Below, piece by piece: positions 20,177 to 31,405 of a DNA stretch of 64,000 nucleotides; the first letter of the stretch is position 1, and the number at the start of each line of letters is the position of its first letter. Both the position numbers and the translations under genes were made by a program. The notes beneath the pieces are model-generated. The model saw only the letters and a list, made by a program, of their open reading frames with translations. It searched no databases and was not told the DNA's origin. Source of the DNA: an uncultured cyanobacterium (GTDB lineage Bacteria > Cyanobacteriota > Cyanobacteriia > Cyanobacteriales > Microcystaceae); contig CAWEDJ010000036.1 in the NCBI GenBank assembly GCA_963807635.1, positions 1 through 64,000 on the forward strand, read 5' to 3'.

Positions 20177-22293
20177 ATGCCAGATTCAACTAAAACGCTT
20201 TGTCCCTATTGTGGTGTAGGGTGTGGACTCGATGTTTCCCCAACGGCGAATCAATCATGGAAAGTAATAGGCGATCGCGTTCATCCCTCTAGTTTGGGCA
20301 TGGTCTGTGTCAAGGGCGCAACGGTGGCTGAATCCTTGGAAAAGGATCGCTTACGTTATCCCCAATTTCGAGAAAATTTATCCGATCCTTTCAAACAAAT
20401 CAGTTGGGAAGAAGCTTTAACAAAAATTGTGGAACGAATTCAGACGGTCATAGCCACCCAGGGCGTTGATGGAATTTGTATGTATGGATCGGGGCAACTG
20501 CAAACCGAAGATTATTATATTGCTCAAAAATTACTCAAGGGCTGTTTAGGAACCAATAATTTTGATACAAATTCTCGCTTGTGTATGTCTTCGGCGGTGT
20601 CGGCCTATGTTCAGAATTTTGGCTCCGATGGCCCGCCCTGTTGTTACGAAGATTTGGATTTAACTGACTGCGCTTTTTTGATTGGGACGAATACGGCAGA
20701 ATGTCATCCTATTATTTTTAATCGTTTACAAAAACATCTCAAACGCGATCGCCAAACAAAATTAATTGTGGTTGATCCTCGTCGGACGAAAACCGCAGAA
20801 GTTGCCGATTTACACCTAGCGATCGCACCAGGAACGGATATTGATCTCCTCAATGGTTTAGCCCATTTATTATTGCGTTGGGGAAAATTAGACCAGCATT
20901 TTATTGAAAAACATACCCAAAATTTTGCGGACTATAAAGATGTTATTGCCCATTATTCTCCCGAAGTTGTTACGGCTAAATGTGGTATTTCCCTAGAAGA
21001 CTTAGAAACCGCCGCAAGCTATTGGGCAGAATCGAACCGAACCCTTTCTCTCTGGTCAATGGGCTTAAATCAATCTTCCGAAGGAACCGCCAAAATTTGT
21101 TCTTTGATTAATTTGCACTTAATGATGGGACAAATCGGCGAACCAGGCATGGGGCCATTTTCTCTCACAGGTCAACCCAATGCGATGGGGGGACGGGAAG
21201 CGGGGGGACTGTCTAATTTATTGCCAGGCTATCGACAAATTGTTAATCCCCAACATCGGGATGAAATAGAACAGGCTTGGGGTGTGTCATCGGGTCGCAT
21301 TAATCCCTTACCAGGAAGAGATGCCTGGGGCATGATTACGGGACTAGAAGAGGAAAAAGTGGGATTATTTTGGATTGCGGCAACAAATCCCGCCGTGAGT
21401 CTGCCTGATTTGGAACGGGTGAAAAAAGCTTTGGCAAAATCGCCTTTTACGGTTTATCAAGATGCCTATTATCCAACCGAAACCAGTGCCTTTGCCCATT
21501 TATTGTTGCCTGCGGCCCAGTGGGGCGAGAAAACGGGAACCATGACCAATTCCGAAAGACGGGTTACCCTTTGTTCCCAATTCCAAGAGCCTCCAGGAGA
21601 AGCGATCGCCGATTGGCAGATTTTTGCTGAAGTGGGTCGCCTTTTAGGGTTTTGTGACCAATTCCCGTTTAAAAATTCGGCTGAAGTGTATCAGGAATTT
21701 GTCGAGTTAACCCGCGATCGCGTTTGTGAGATGACGGGCATTACCCATGAGCGTTTATTAAAGGAAGGCCCGTTGCAATGGCCCTGTTCTGACAATTCCA
21801 CCAATTTAGAGAATAATTTGGCAAAAAGACTCTATACCGACCTCAAATTTCCCACACCTAATGGACGAGCTAAATTTGTTCCCTTTCACACAAAAGGACT
21901 GGCCGAACCGCCCGATCGCGACTATTCCTTTATTTTGACAACAGGAAGACTTTACGGCCATTGGCACACCCAAACCCGCACGGGACGCATCGAAAAAATT
22001 GTCAAAATGCACCCCCAACCCTTTATCGAGATTCACCCCAAAGATGCGAATTTTCTCCAAGTTACCGATGATGATTCTTTAGAAGTGCGATCCCGACGAG
22101 GAAGGGCTTCTTTTCCTGTCAAAATCACTACCGCCATTAAACCTGGAACGGTTTTTGTTCCCATGCACTGGGGAAGTCTCTGGCCGACCATGCCGAAGCC
22201 AATGCCCTCACCCACGCGATCGCCTGTCCTATTTCCCTAGAACCTGAATTAAAAGCCTGTGCCGTTCAACTAATTCCCCATCGTGTCCCATAG
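20177..22293 (+). CDS. narB: Ferredoxin-nitrate reductase (1-bp frameshift at ~22182 near the C-terminus)
   Basis: [33 protein letters not shown]; adding one G gives [32 protein letters not shown]. Confidence 0.93.
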
Positions 22294-22446
22294 GCTAATT
22301 CTCGTCCATTTCCCGTTAGCTTTTTGTTGCAACTCTTAACAAAAAATCAGTCTTTTTGGGTTAATCCCTTGGTACACTGGAATTTAAGTATCGTTTTTAG
22401 CGTTACGAGCCGTTTGCATCCAAGAAAAAACTCGTGTAAATCATTT

Positions 22447-23523
22447 ATGGTTACTACTCTCCAAAAACCTGAATTTGAGGAACTCCGTCCTGGCATTAAA
22501 GCCCCAGCAAAAGAAACCATTCTCACCCCTCGGTTCTATACCACTGATTTCGATGAAGTGGCAAAAATGGATATCTCTCCTAACGAGGAAGAGTTACGGG
22601 CGATTCTCGAAGAATTCCGCGTTGACTACAACCGCCATCATTTTGTTCGGGACGAAGATTTTGAACAATCCTGGGAACACATTGACGGGGAAAAACGCCG
22701 CCTATTCATGGAATTCCTAGAGCGTTCCTGTACCGCAGAATTTTCTGGATTTTTACTCTACAAAGAATTGGGAAGACGCTTAAAAACCACCAGTCCGTTG
22801 TTGGCTGAGTGCTTTAACTTGATGTCACGGGATGAAGCCCGTCATGCTGGCTTTTTGAATAAGGCCATGTCGGATTTCGATTTATCCTTAGATTTAGGAT
22901 TTTTGACCAAGAGCCGTAAATATACGTTCTTTAAGCCTAAATTCATTTTCTATGCGACCTATCTTTCTGAAAAAATTGGCTATTGGCGTTATATCACCAT
23001 TTATCGTCATTTAGAAAAACACCCTGAAGATCGGGTTTATCCGATTTTTAAATTTTTTGAAAACTGGTGTCAGGACGAAAACCGTCACGGTGACTTTTTT
23101 GATGCCATCATGAGAGCGCAACCGAATACCCTCAATGATTGGCGGGCGCGGCTTTGGTGTCGTTTCTTCCTCTTGTCGGTGTTTGCCACCATGTATTTGA
23201 ATGACATTCAACGAGCTGATTTCTACGCAATTTTGGGATTAAATGCCCGTAATTACGACAAGGAAGTGATCAAAAAAACCAACGATACGGCGGGCCGTGT
23301 TTTTCCGATTATTCTGGATATCGAAAAGCCAGAGTTTTATGATCGTTTGGAAATTTGTGTCAAAAATAACGAAAAATTGCGGGCGATCGATGCTTCTAAT
23401 GCCCCTGGTTTGTTGAAAGGATTACAAAAATTACCCGTTTTTCTCTCTAACGGTTGGCAGTTTATTAAACTCTACTTACTTGAACCTATCCGTGTTGATC
23501 AGTTAGCGGGAACTGTCCGTTAA
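22447..23523 (+). CDS. acsF: Mg-protoporphyrin IX monomethyl ester oxidative cyclase
   Basis: [36 protein letters not shown] di-iron motifs. Confidence 0.95.
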   Translation: MVTTLQKPEFEELRPGIKAPAKETILTPRFYTTDFDEVAKMDISPNEEELRAILEEFRVDYNRHHFVRDEDFEQSWEHIDGEKRRLFMEFLERSCTAEFSGFLLYKELGRRLKTTSPLLAECFNLMSRDEARHAGFLNKAMSDFDLSLDLGFLTKSRKYTFFKPKFIFYATYLSEKIGYWRYITIYRHLEKHPEDRVYPIFKFFENWCQDENRHGDFFDAIMRAQPNTLNDWRARLWCRFFLLSVFATMYLNDIQRADFYAILGLNARNYDKEVIKKTNDTAGRVFPIILDIEKPEFYDRLEICVKNNEKLRAIDASNAPGLLKGLQKLPVFLSNGWQFIKLYLLEPIRVDQLAGTVR

Positions 23524-23551
23524 TTTTTTCAATCTCAATTTCATGCTCAAG

Positions 23552-23586
23552 ATTTCCGTTGCAATTCTTTTTGTGACGGAATTTTT
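23552..23586 (+). terminator. Rho-independent terminator after acsF
   Basis: ATTTCCGTTGCAA...TTGTGACGGAAAT stem followed by a T-run. Confidence 0.65.
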
Positions 23587-23622
23587 GTAGGGAATTAGGA
23601 TCGAATGAGGGTTAAAATGGGT

Positions 23623-23764
23623 AATGATGCTTTATTTTCTCTCATTCCCAATCCTATTTTCCTATCTGTCTGTTAGTGAAGGTCGGAGTTTAGAATGATG
23701 CTTTGTTTTCTCTCATTCCCAATCCTATTTTCCTATCTGTCTGTTAGTGAAGGTCGGAGTTTAG
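23623..23764. repeat. 71-bp direct tandem repeat, 2 copies
   Basis: 23623-23693 and 23694-23764 differ at one base. Confidence 0.9.
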
Positions 23765-23984
23765 TCTGTCGGAAAGTCACAAAAAATAAATTTTCTTCCA
23801 TAACGCTACTAGGGCAATTTTTTTCAGGAGTTAAGCGATCGCTCGTCTAAATAGAGCTTGCTGAAAAAAGCTGAAAGCCTTATAAGAAAAGAGATGAGGG
23901 GATTTAGAGAGCAAAAAAAGTGCAAAAAAAAGGTCTAAAATGAGTGAAAAGGCTTGCACCCCTCCCCTTCCAGAGCATTGAACG

Positions 23985-24638
23985 ATGTACCCCAAAAAAG
24001 AATCCGAAAAATCGACTGTTGAAAACTTCAAAATACCAAGTGAGTGGAAGCCAAAAGAAGAAAATCGTTGGGTAATCATGTCAAAAATAATTCCGTGGGA
24101 GGAATTTGAAGAAGAATATGCAAAACAATTTTCAGAAAATAAAGGAGCGACAGCCAAACCATTTAGGATGGCATTAGGGTCATTAATAATAAAAGAAATA
24201 TTGAGAATAAGTGACCGAGAAACAGTAGAACAAATAAAAGAAAACCCTTACTTACAATATTTTATAGGACTAGAAGTATATGAAAATGAGGAGGCATTTG
24301 ATGCGTCACTGTTAGTACATTTCCGTCAAAGAATAGGAATGGACTTGGTGAATCAAATAAATAAAGCAATGGTAAAAAAAGAAGAAGAAATATTATCAGA
24401 AGTAAAAGAAAAAAGTGAAGGGGAAAATCAGAATAGAGGAAAGCTATTAATAGATGCAACCTGTGCACCAGCAGACATCAAATATCCAACAGATATAGGA
24501 ATCTTGAATGAGGCAAGAGAAAAAACCGAAAAAATAATAGACAACTTGTATAAAAAAACTAAAAAAAAAGGAAAAAAACCAAGAACCTATAGAATAAGAG
24601 CCAGAAAAGATTACTTAGAGCTTGCTGAAAAAAGCTGA
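23985..24638 (+). pseudogene. Truncated IS5 transposase (217 aa), unit 1
   Basis: Identical N-terminus to the 477-aa transposase; ends ...RKDYLELAEKS* in the next IRL. Confidence 0.9.
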
Positions 24639-24748
24639 AAGCCTTATAAGAAAAGAGATGAGGGGATTTAGAGAGCAAAAAAAGTGCAAAAAAAAGGTCT
24701 AAAATGAGTGAAAAGGCTTGCACCCCTCCCCTTCCAGAGCATTGAACG

Positions 24749-25402
24749 ATGTACCCCAAAAAAGAATCCGAAAAATCGACTGTTGAAAACTTCAAAATAC
24801 CAAGTGAGTGGAAGCCAAAAGAAGAAAATCGTTGGGTAATCATGTCAAAAATAATTCCGTGGGAGGAATTTGAAGAAGAATATGCAAAACAATTTTCAGA
24901 AAATAAAGGAGCGACAGCCAAACCATTTAGGATGGCATTAGGGTCATTAATAATAAAAGAAATATTGAGAATAAGTGACCGAGAAACAGTAGAACAAATA
25001 AAAGAAAACCCTTACTTACAATATTTTATAGGACTAGAAGTATATGAAAATGAGGAGGCATTTGATGCGTCACTGTTAGTACATTTCCGTCAAAGAATAG
25101 GAATGGACTTGGTGAATCAAATAAATAAAGCAATGGTAAAAAAAGAAGAAGAAATATTATCAGAAGTAAAAGAAAAAAGTGAAGGGGAAAATCAGAATAG
25201 AGGAAAGCTATTAATAGATGCAACCTGTGCACCAGCAGACATCAAATATCCAACAGATATAGGAATCTTGAATGAGGCAAGAGAAAAAACCGAAAAAATA
25301 ATAGACAACTTGTATAAAAAAACTAAAAAAAAAGGAAAAAAACCAAGAACCTATAGAATAAGAGCCAGAAAAGATTACTTAGAGCTTGCTGAAAAAAGCT
25401 GA
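24749..25402 (+). pseudogene. Truncated IS5 transposase (217 aa), unit 2
   Basis: Same sequence as unit 1. Confidence 0.9.
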
Positions 25403-25512
25403 AAGCCTTATAAGAAAAGAGATGAGGGGATTTAGAGAGCAAAAAAAGTGCAAAAAAAAGGTCTAAAATGAGTGAAAAGGCTTGCACCCCTCCCCTTCCA
25501 GAGCATTGAACG

Positions 25513-26946
25513 ATGTACCCCAAAAAAGAATCCGAAAAATCGACTGTTGAAAACTTCAAAATACCAAGTGAGTGGAAGCCAAAAGAAGAAAATCGTTGGG
25601 TAATCATGTCAAAAATAATTCCGTGGGAGGAATTTGAAGAAGAATATGCAAAACAATTTTCAGAAAATAAAGGAGCGACAGCCAAACCATTTAGGATGGC
25701 ATTAGGGTCATTAATAATAAAAGAAATATTGAGAATAAGTGACCGAGAAACAGTAGAACAAATAAAAGAAAACCCTTACTTACAATATTTTATAGGACTA
25801 GAAGTATATGAAAATGAGGAGGCATTTGATGCGTCACTGTTAGTACATTTCCGTCAAAGAATAGGAATGGACTTGGTGAATCAAATAAATAAAGCAATGG
25901 TAAAAAAAGAAGAAGAAATATTATCAGAAGTAAAAGAAAAAAGTGAAGGGGAAAATCAGAATAGAGGAAAGCTATTAATAGATGCAACCTGTGCACCAGC
26001 AGACATCAAATATCCAACAGATATAGGAATCTTGAATGAGGCAAGAGAAAAAACCGAAAAAATAATAGACAACTTGTATAAAAAAACTAAAAAAAAAGGA
26101 AAAAAACCAAGAACCTATAGAATAAGAGCCAGAAAAGATTACTTAAAATTGTCAAAAAAACGCCGTCCGTCGAGAAAAGAAAGGAGAAAGGGCATAAAAA
26201 AACAAATCCAATATATCAAAAGAAACCTTTCCCATATAGAAAAATTAAGAGAAGATAAAGAGGTCGCAAAATTAAGTAAAAAAGACGAAAAGATACTGTC
26301 GATAATACAAAAAGCCTATGAGCAACAAGTAGGAATGTATGAAAATAAAGAAAATAAGGTAGAAAATAGAATTGTGAGTTTGACTCAACCTCATGTTCGT
26401 CCCATTGTTAGAGGAAAAGCGGGAACGCCAGTAGAGTTTGGTGCAAAACTATCAGCAAGTTATGTGAATGGATATCTTTATTTATACCGATTAAGTTGGG
26501 ATAATTATAATGAATCAGGCGACTTCAAAGGACAAATAGAAGAGTTTAAACGTGAGACAGGCTACTATCCCCAGTCTGTTCATGCTGATGCAATCTATCG
26601 CACAAGGGAAAATCGCGCTTTTTGTAAGGAGAAGGGAATTCGATTGAGTGGCCCACCCTTGGGAAGACGACCCACAAATATTAGTCCAGAAAAAAAGAAA
26701 GAAGCTCTTCAAGATGAAAGAGACCGTAATGCTATTGAAGGCAAATTTGGTCAAGCAAAGAGACGATTTAGCCTCAATCGAGTTATGACAAAACTTCCTG
26801 ATACCTCTGAAACCGCTATTGCTATCACCTTTTTAGTCATCAATCTTTTTGCCCTGCTTCGGCAGGTTTTACGTTTTTTTTGTCTTTTTCGGAAGAAGAG
26901 CTTATTTTTCTGCCCTCTTATTAGCCCAGCTTATGCTTTGTGTTGA
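25513..26946 (+). CDS. IS5-family DDE transposase (477 aa), copy 2
   Basis: Identical to 7081..8514. Confidence 0.95.
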   Translation: MYPKKESEKSTVENFKIPSEWKPKEENRWVIMSKIIPWEEFEEEYAKQFSENKGATAKPFRMALGSLIIKEILRISDRETVEQIKENPYLQYFIGLEVYENEEAFDASLLVHFRQRIGMDLVNQINKAMVKKEEEILSEVKEKSEGENQNRGKLLIDATCAPADIKYPTDIGILNEAREKTEKIIDNLYKKTKKKGKKPRTYRIRARKDYLKLSKKRRPSRKERRKGIKKQIQYIKRNLSHIEKLREDKEVAKLSKKDEKILSIIQKAYEQQVGMYENKENKVENRIVSLTQPHVRPIVRGKAGTPVEFGAKLSASYVNGYLYLYRLSWDNYNESGDFKGQIEEFKRETGYYPQSVHADAIYRTRENRAFCKEKGIRLSGPPLGRRPTNISPEKKKEALQDERDRNAIEGKFGQAKRRFSLNRVMTKLPDTSETAIAITFLVINLFALLRQVLRFFCLFRKKSLFFCPLISPAYALC

Positions 26947-27081
26947 CAATTCATTTAACCCTTATGTTTTACTCGCCTTAAATTCATAAATTAATCCCCT
27001 CTTCCTGTTTTTTGACTTTTTCAGCAAGCCCTAAATATTCTTTCCACAGATTTGATATCCCCCTAGTCATTCAAACTCAAG

Positions 27082-28040
27082 ATGAACTCCATTCCATCCA
27101 ATGCAATTTCTGCCTTTTCCAACTTTCAGGAAGCGGTTCAAGCAGTTTTAAAATCTTTGCATGAACGTTTAGGCTTTCAGTTGTGGATGTTTACCCGTGT
27201 GGAAGGCGAGGATTGGATTGTTTTAGAAGCCGCCGACTATGGTTATGGGGTAAGATTGGGGAATGTTTTTCGTTGGTCTGATTCTTTTTGTTCTCGCATG
27301 GTGCGGGGAGAGGGGCGAGAGTTGCGCCCAATTCCCAACAAATTCAAGCCTACGTGGAAGCTCCCATTGGTCAACAGGTGGATATTTCTGCCTATATTGG
27401 CATTCCCCTTTGTCATGCGGATGGAACACTTTTTGGAACGCTTTGTGCAATCAATCCAACTCCCCAACCCGAATCGATTAAGCAAGAAGGGGAATTTATT
27501 GAACTCCAAACCCGTTTACTGACCACGATTCTTCATTACGAATTAAAAGCCCAGGAAAATGCGCGTCGCTATGAACGGGCCAAATTAGAGGCAGAAATGG
27601 ATATGTTAACGGGGGTTTATAATCGTAGGGGTTGGGAGCGGTTACTGCGTGCGGAAGAGGAACGTTGTCGGCAATTTGGCCTGTTGGCCAGTATATTAGT
27701 GATTGATCTTGATAATCTTAAAGAGGTTAATGATAGCCAGGGTCATGTCGAGGGCGATCGCCTTATTCAAGCAACGGCTAAATGTCTTTTGAATAATATT
27801 CGTTCGGAAGATGTGTTAGCCCGTGTTGGCGGCGATGAATTTGTGATTTTAATCATAGAAACTAATCTGGAAATTACCCAACAAGTGGTGAAACGAATTC
27901 AGGAAAAACTGGAAGAAAATAATCTCAAAGCCTCGGTGGGTTGGGCGATTCGGATTCATCAATCTACTTTGCCCCATACCTTCATTGAAGCGGATAAAAA
28001 TATGTTTCACAATAAATCAGAACGGAAAAAATTGTGTTAA
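27082..28040 (+). CDS. GAF-GGDEF diguanylate cyclase (1-bp frameshift at ~27316)
   Basis: WSDSFCSRMVRGEG joins (P)RVAPN..AYIGIPL..GTLCAI; DMLTGVYNRRG, DLDNLKEVND, GGDEF. Confidence 0.87.
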
Positions 28041-28106
28041 TGGCTTTCCTTGTAAAATGAAACTAAGTAGCTGGTTACAACTAAACTGACAATATATTTT
28101 TCGCTC

Positions 28107-28338
28107 GATCCCCCCTTTCTCTCTTGATAAGCTATCGTGTACACACAAGTCTCTCTGTCTAAATTTGTAAGTTTTGATCCCCCCTACCCCCCTTGATAAG
28201 GGGGGCTAAATTCCTATCAGTAACAAGAGTCCCCCTTTTTAAGGGGGATGCCGTAGGCAGGGGGATCAAATTTCTAAAGATATAAGGAGATGTACGTACA
28301 CTGTAGCTTGATAAGGGGTATGTCCTTAGGGCAGGGGA
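28107..28338. repeat. Nested REP/MITE-like element
   Basis: 175-bp insert 28132-28306 with IRs CTATCGTGTAC/GTACACTGTAG, flanked by 9-bp direct repeat CTTGATAAG; internal CCCCCTT..AAGGGGG hairpins. Confidence 0.7.
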
Positions 28339-28375
28339 GCTTATAAAACTTATTAATCTTCATTCCTTTCCCATT

Positions 28376-29779
28376 ATGTCAACCGAAAATTCTTCTCAAA
28401 CTCGCATTGAAACCGATAGTATGGGGCCGATTGAGGTCAACCAGGATTGTTATTGGGGAGCGCAGACCCAGCGATCGCTGAAATATTTTGCGATTGGGAA
28501 TGATTTGATGCCAGAGGAGTTAATTCGGGCCTTTGGGATTTTGAAGAAAGCCGCCGCGATTGTCAATCAAGATTTAGGCAAACTATCCCCTGAAAAAGCG
28601 AATTTAATCATCCAAGCCGCCGATGAAGTGATTGCGGGACAACTGATGGCCCATTTTCCCCTGCGAGTGTGGCAGACGGGCAGTGGCACTCAAACCAATA
28701 TGAATGTAAATGAGGTGATTTCTAATCGGGCGATCGCGTTATCTGGGGGAGTTTTGGGGAGTAAAACTCCTGTCCATCCCAACGATGATGTGAATATGTC
28801 TCAATCCTCTAATGATACTTTTCCCACGGCGATGCACATTGCGGCGGTACAAACCCTGACCCAAAATCTAATTCCCAGTATTCAGAGCTTGCGGGACGCA
28901 TTAGACAGTAAAAAGACAGAATTTGAAGATATTATCAAAATTGGCCGCACTCACCTCATGGATGCGGTTCCTTTGACCCTGGGGCAGGAATTTTCGGGTT
29001 ATATTGCCCAACTCGATCACAATTTGGAACGGATTCAAACCAGTTTGCCCCATCTCTATGAATTGGCGATCGGTGGAACAGCCGTGGGAACGGGTCTCAA
29101 TACTCACCCCGAATTTGCCCAGCGAGTTGCCGATAAAATTGCTGAATTAACGGGATTACCCTTTATTTCTGCTCCAAATAAATTTGCCGCCCTTGCCAGT
29201 CATGATGCGATCGCCATGGCCAGTGGAGCCTTGAAAACCTTGGCCTGTACAAACATGAAAATTGCCAATGATTTGCGTTGGTTAGGATCGGGCCCGCGTT
29301 GTGGTTTGGGAGAATTAATTTTACCCGCCAATGAACCTGGATCTTCTATCATGCCTGGAAAGGTCAATCCGACCCAATCTGAGGCGATGACAATGGTTTG
29401 TGTACAAGTGATGGGCAACGATACAGCAATCGCGATCGCAGGGAGTCAGGGCAATTTTGAATTAAATGTCTTTAAACCCGTGATGATTCATAATTTATTG
29501 CATTCCATTCGGCTTTTGTCTGATGCCAGCGATTCTTTTCGGGAACATTTAGTCGTGGGTTTAGCGGCAAACCGTCAACAAATTGAGCATTATTTAACGA
29601 ATTCCTTGATGCTCGTAACGGCATTAAACCCTCACATTGGCTATGATGCCGCCGCAAAAGTTGCTAAAATAGCCTATTTAGAAGGAAAAACCCTGAAAGA
29701 AGCAAGTGTAGAACTCGGTATTTTAACCCCAGAACAATTTGATGCTTGGGTACGGCCCGTCGAAATGCTTCATCCGTAA
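28376..29779 (+). CDS. fumC: Class II fumarate hydratase
   Basis: [32 protein letters not shown]. Confidence 0.96.
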   Translation: MSTENSSQTRIETDSMGPIEVNQDCYWGAQTQRSLKYFAIGNDLMPEELIRAFGILKKAAAIVNQDLGKLSPEKANLIIQAADEVIAGQLMAHFPLRVWQTGSGTQTNMNVNEVISNRAIALSGGVLGSKTPVHPNDDVNMSQSSNDTFPTAMHIAAVQTLTQNLIPSIQSLRDALDSKKTEFEDIIKIGRTHLMDAVPLTLGQEFSGYIAQLDHNLERIQTSLPHLYELAIGGTAVGTGLNTHPEFAQRVADKIAELTGLPFISAPNKFAALASHDAIAMASGALKTLACTNMKIANDLRWLGSGPRCGLGELILPANEPGSSIMPGKVNPTQSEAMTMVCVQVMGNDTAIAIAGSQGNFELNVFKPVMIHNLLHSIRLLSDASDSFREHLVVGLAANRQQIEHYLTNSLMLVTALNPHIGYDAAAKVAKIAYLEGKTLKEASVELGILTPEQFDAWVRPVEMLHP

Positions 29780-29898
29780 AGGAATGTTACAGAACAATTT
29801 CTTTTTTTCTCGTTTTGGATACTGTTTTTGATACAGTAGAGATGCTATTAACTCATATTCGGATTTATCACTGCTGAGTGTGGTCAGCCTTTAAGCAA

Positions 29899-31005
29899 AT
29901 GAAAACAATTCTCGTTATCGAAGATCAAACTGATGTTAGGGAAAATATTGACGCGATTTTAGAGCTAGAAGGCTACCAAGTCATCATGGCAGAAGATGGT
30001 GAAATCGGCGTAGAAATGGCGACATCCCATCACCCTGATTTGATTCTTTGTGATGTGATGATGCCTAAACTAGATGGATTTGGTGTTGTGCAAGCATTGC
30101 GCCAAAACCCAATCACCTCGATGATTCCTTTGATTTTTTTAACCGCTAAAGCCGATCGTCTATCCTTGCGACAAGGTATGGATTTGGGAGCCGATGACTA
30201 TTTAACCAAGCCCTTTACCCTAGATGAGTTGATTAATGCGGTAACGGCTCGTTTAAGCAAGCAAAATTTAATTCAACAAGATGTCAATCAAGAACTAGAT
30301 AAGTTTCGGTCTAATATTACGCGATCGCTGCCTCATGAATTGCTCACACCGCTCAATGGTATTTTGGGAATGAGTCATTATTTAAGTGATTATTACGATA
30401 CAATCGATAGGGACGAAATTCAAGAGTGCTTGGACAATATTAAAATTTCTAGTGAAAGATTGTACCGTTTAATCCAGAATTTTTTACTATTTGCCCAATT
30501 AGAATTATTCCAATCGAATGCCCAACAGAGTCAAATTTGGCAAAATCGTCTTTCTCAAATAACAATAAATTCAGTCTCCACTATTGAAAAAATTACTCAA
30601 AAGATTGCACAACAAGTAGAAAGAACTGATGATTTGCAACTCTTTCTAAAAGAAGCAAGCGTCCATATTTCTGAACAAGATTTAGAGAAAATTACGGAAG
30701 AAATTATTGATAATGCCTTTAAATTTTCAGACAAAGGAAACCCCGTCATCGTAGAAACTAAATTAGACGATCAAAACTTTGTTTTAACTGTGACAAATCA
30801 AGGGCGGGGTATGAATGCTGAAGACATTGCTTGTATTGGAGCCTATATCCAATTTGAACGTAGACTTTATGAACAGCAGGGTTCAGGTTTAGGCTTAATC
30901 ATTGCTAAACGAATGACAGAATTATATGGTGGAAAGCTTGAAATACAGAGTATTCCTAATGAAAAAACTACCGTTTCTATTTGTTTACCCCTAAACCGAA
31001 CCTAG
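29899..31005 (+). CDS. Hybrid response regulator-histidine kinase
   Basis: Receiver domain (IED..DVMMP..KPF), H-box HELLTPLNGI, DNAFKF, GSGLGL. Confidence 0.9.
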   Translation: MKTILVIEDQTDVRENIDAILELEGYQVIMAEDGEIGVEMATSHHPDLILCDVMMPKLDGFGVVQALRQNPITSMIPLIFLTAKADRLSLRQGMDLGADDYLTKPFTLDELINAVTARLSKQNLIQQDVNQELDKFRSNITRSLPHELLTPLNGILGMSHYLSDYYDTIDRDEIQECLDNIKISSERLYRLIQNFLLFAQLELFQSNAQQSQIWQNRLSQITINSVSTIEKITQKIAQQVERTDDLQLFLKEASVHISEQDLEKITEEIIDNAFKFSDKGNPVIVETKLDDQNFVLTVTNQGRGMNAEDIACIGAYIQFERRLYEQQGSGLGLIIAKRMTELYGGKLEIQSIPNEKTTVSICLPLNRT

Positions 31006-31058
31006 AAAGAGAAAAATTGATTAAAAATAATAGACAAGAATGATTAGGAAATAAAAAT

Positions 31059-31242
31059 ATGCAAGTTTTAACAACCCCAAAAATGAGAGATTTATATGAA
31101 TTAGACTATCTAGCTTGGTACGAAAAGACTTTAGAGCAACTCAAAAATAACCATTTAATTAAATAAAACGCTTTTTCCCATCCAATGTCCTTATAGCCTA
31201 GAACAACTTTTTGATGATGATTGGTTTCCCCAGGCTTTATAA
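31059..31242 (+). pseudogene. DUF29-family remnant with internal deletion
   Basis: N-terminal LYELDYLAWYEKTLEQLK lies directly next to C-terminal FPIQCPYSLEQLFDDDWFP; the middle is missing. Confidence 0.75.
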
Positions 31243-31405
31243 AGTCAGTTTTGCCTTGAATAAACTGAGTTTATTGAGTATTGATCATCCTTGACTTTCA
31301 GGGAAAAATATCAAGACTTTTTAAGATTTCGATAATGATAGGAATATTGGGACTTAAAAAGAGAGAAAATTAGGGAAAGTAAGATCAGCCACAGGAAAAC
31401 ATTTT

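Larger units (their letters stand above)
23854..27031 (+). mobile_element. IS5 array: two 764-bp left-end units followed by a full 1650-bp element
   Basis: IRL at 23854, 24618 and 25382; a single IRR ends at 27031; TSD TAAATA at 23848-23853 and 27032-27037; internal junctions at TACTTA. Confidence 0.92.

Noticed and set aside
20177..22240. narB as a truncated pseudogene
   Set aside because: The conserved C-terminus is present in the adjacent frame; a one-base loss at GGGCC is probably a sequencing error.
23623..23764. 71-bp repeat as a CRISPR array
   Set aside because: Only two abutting copies, no spacers and no cas genes.
23854..27031. Simple nested IS-in-IS insertions
   Set aside because: The distal halves and extra right ends that nesting would leave are absent, and the outer TSD follows the single right end directly.
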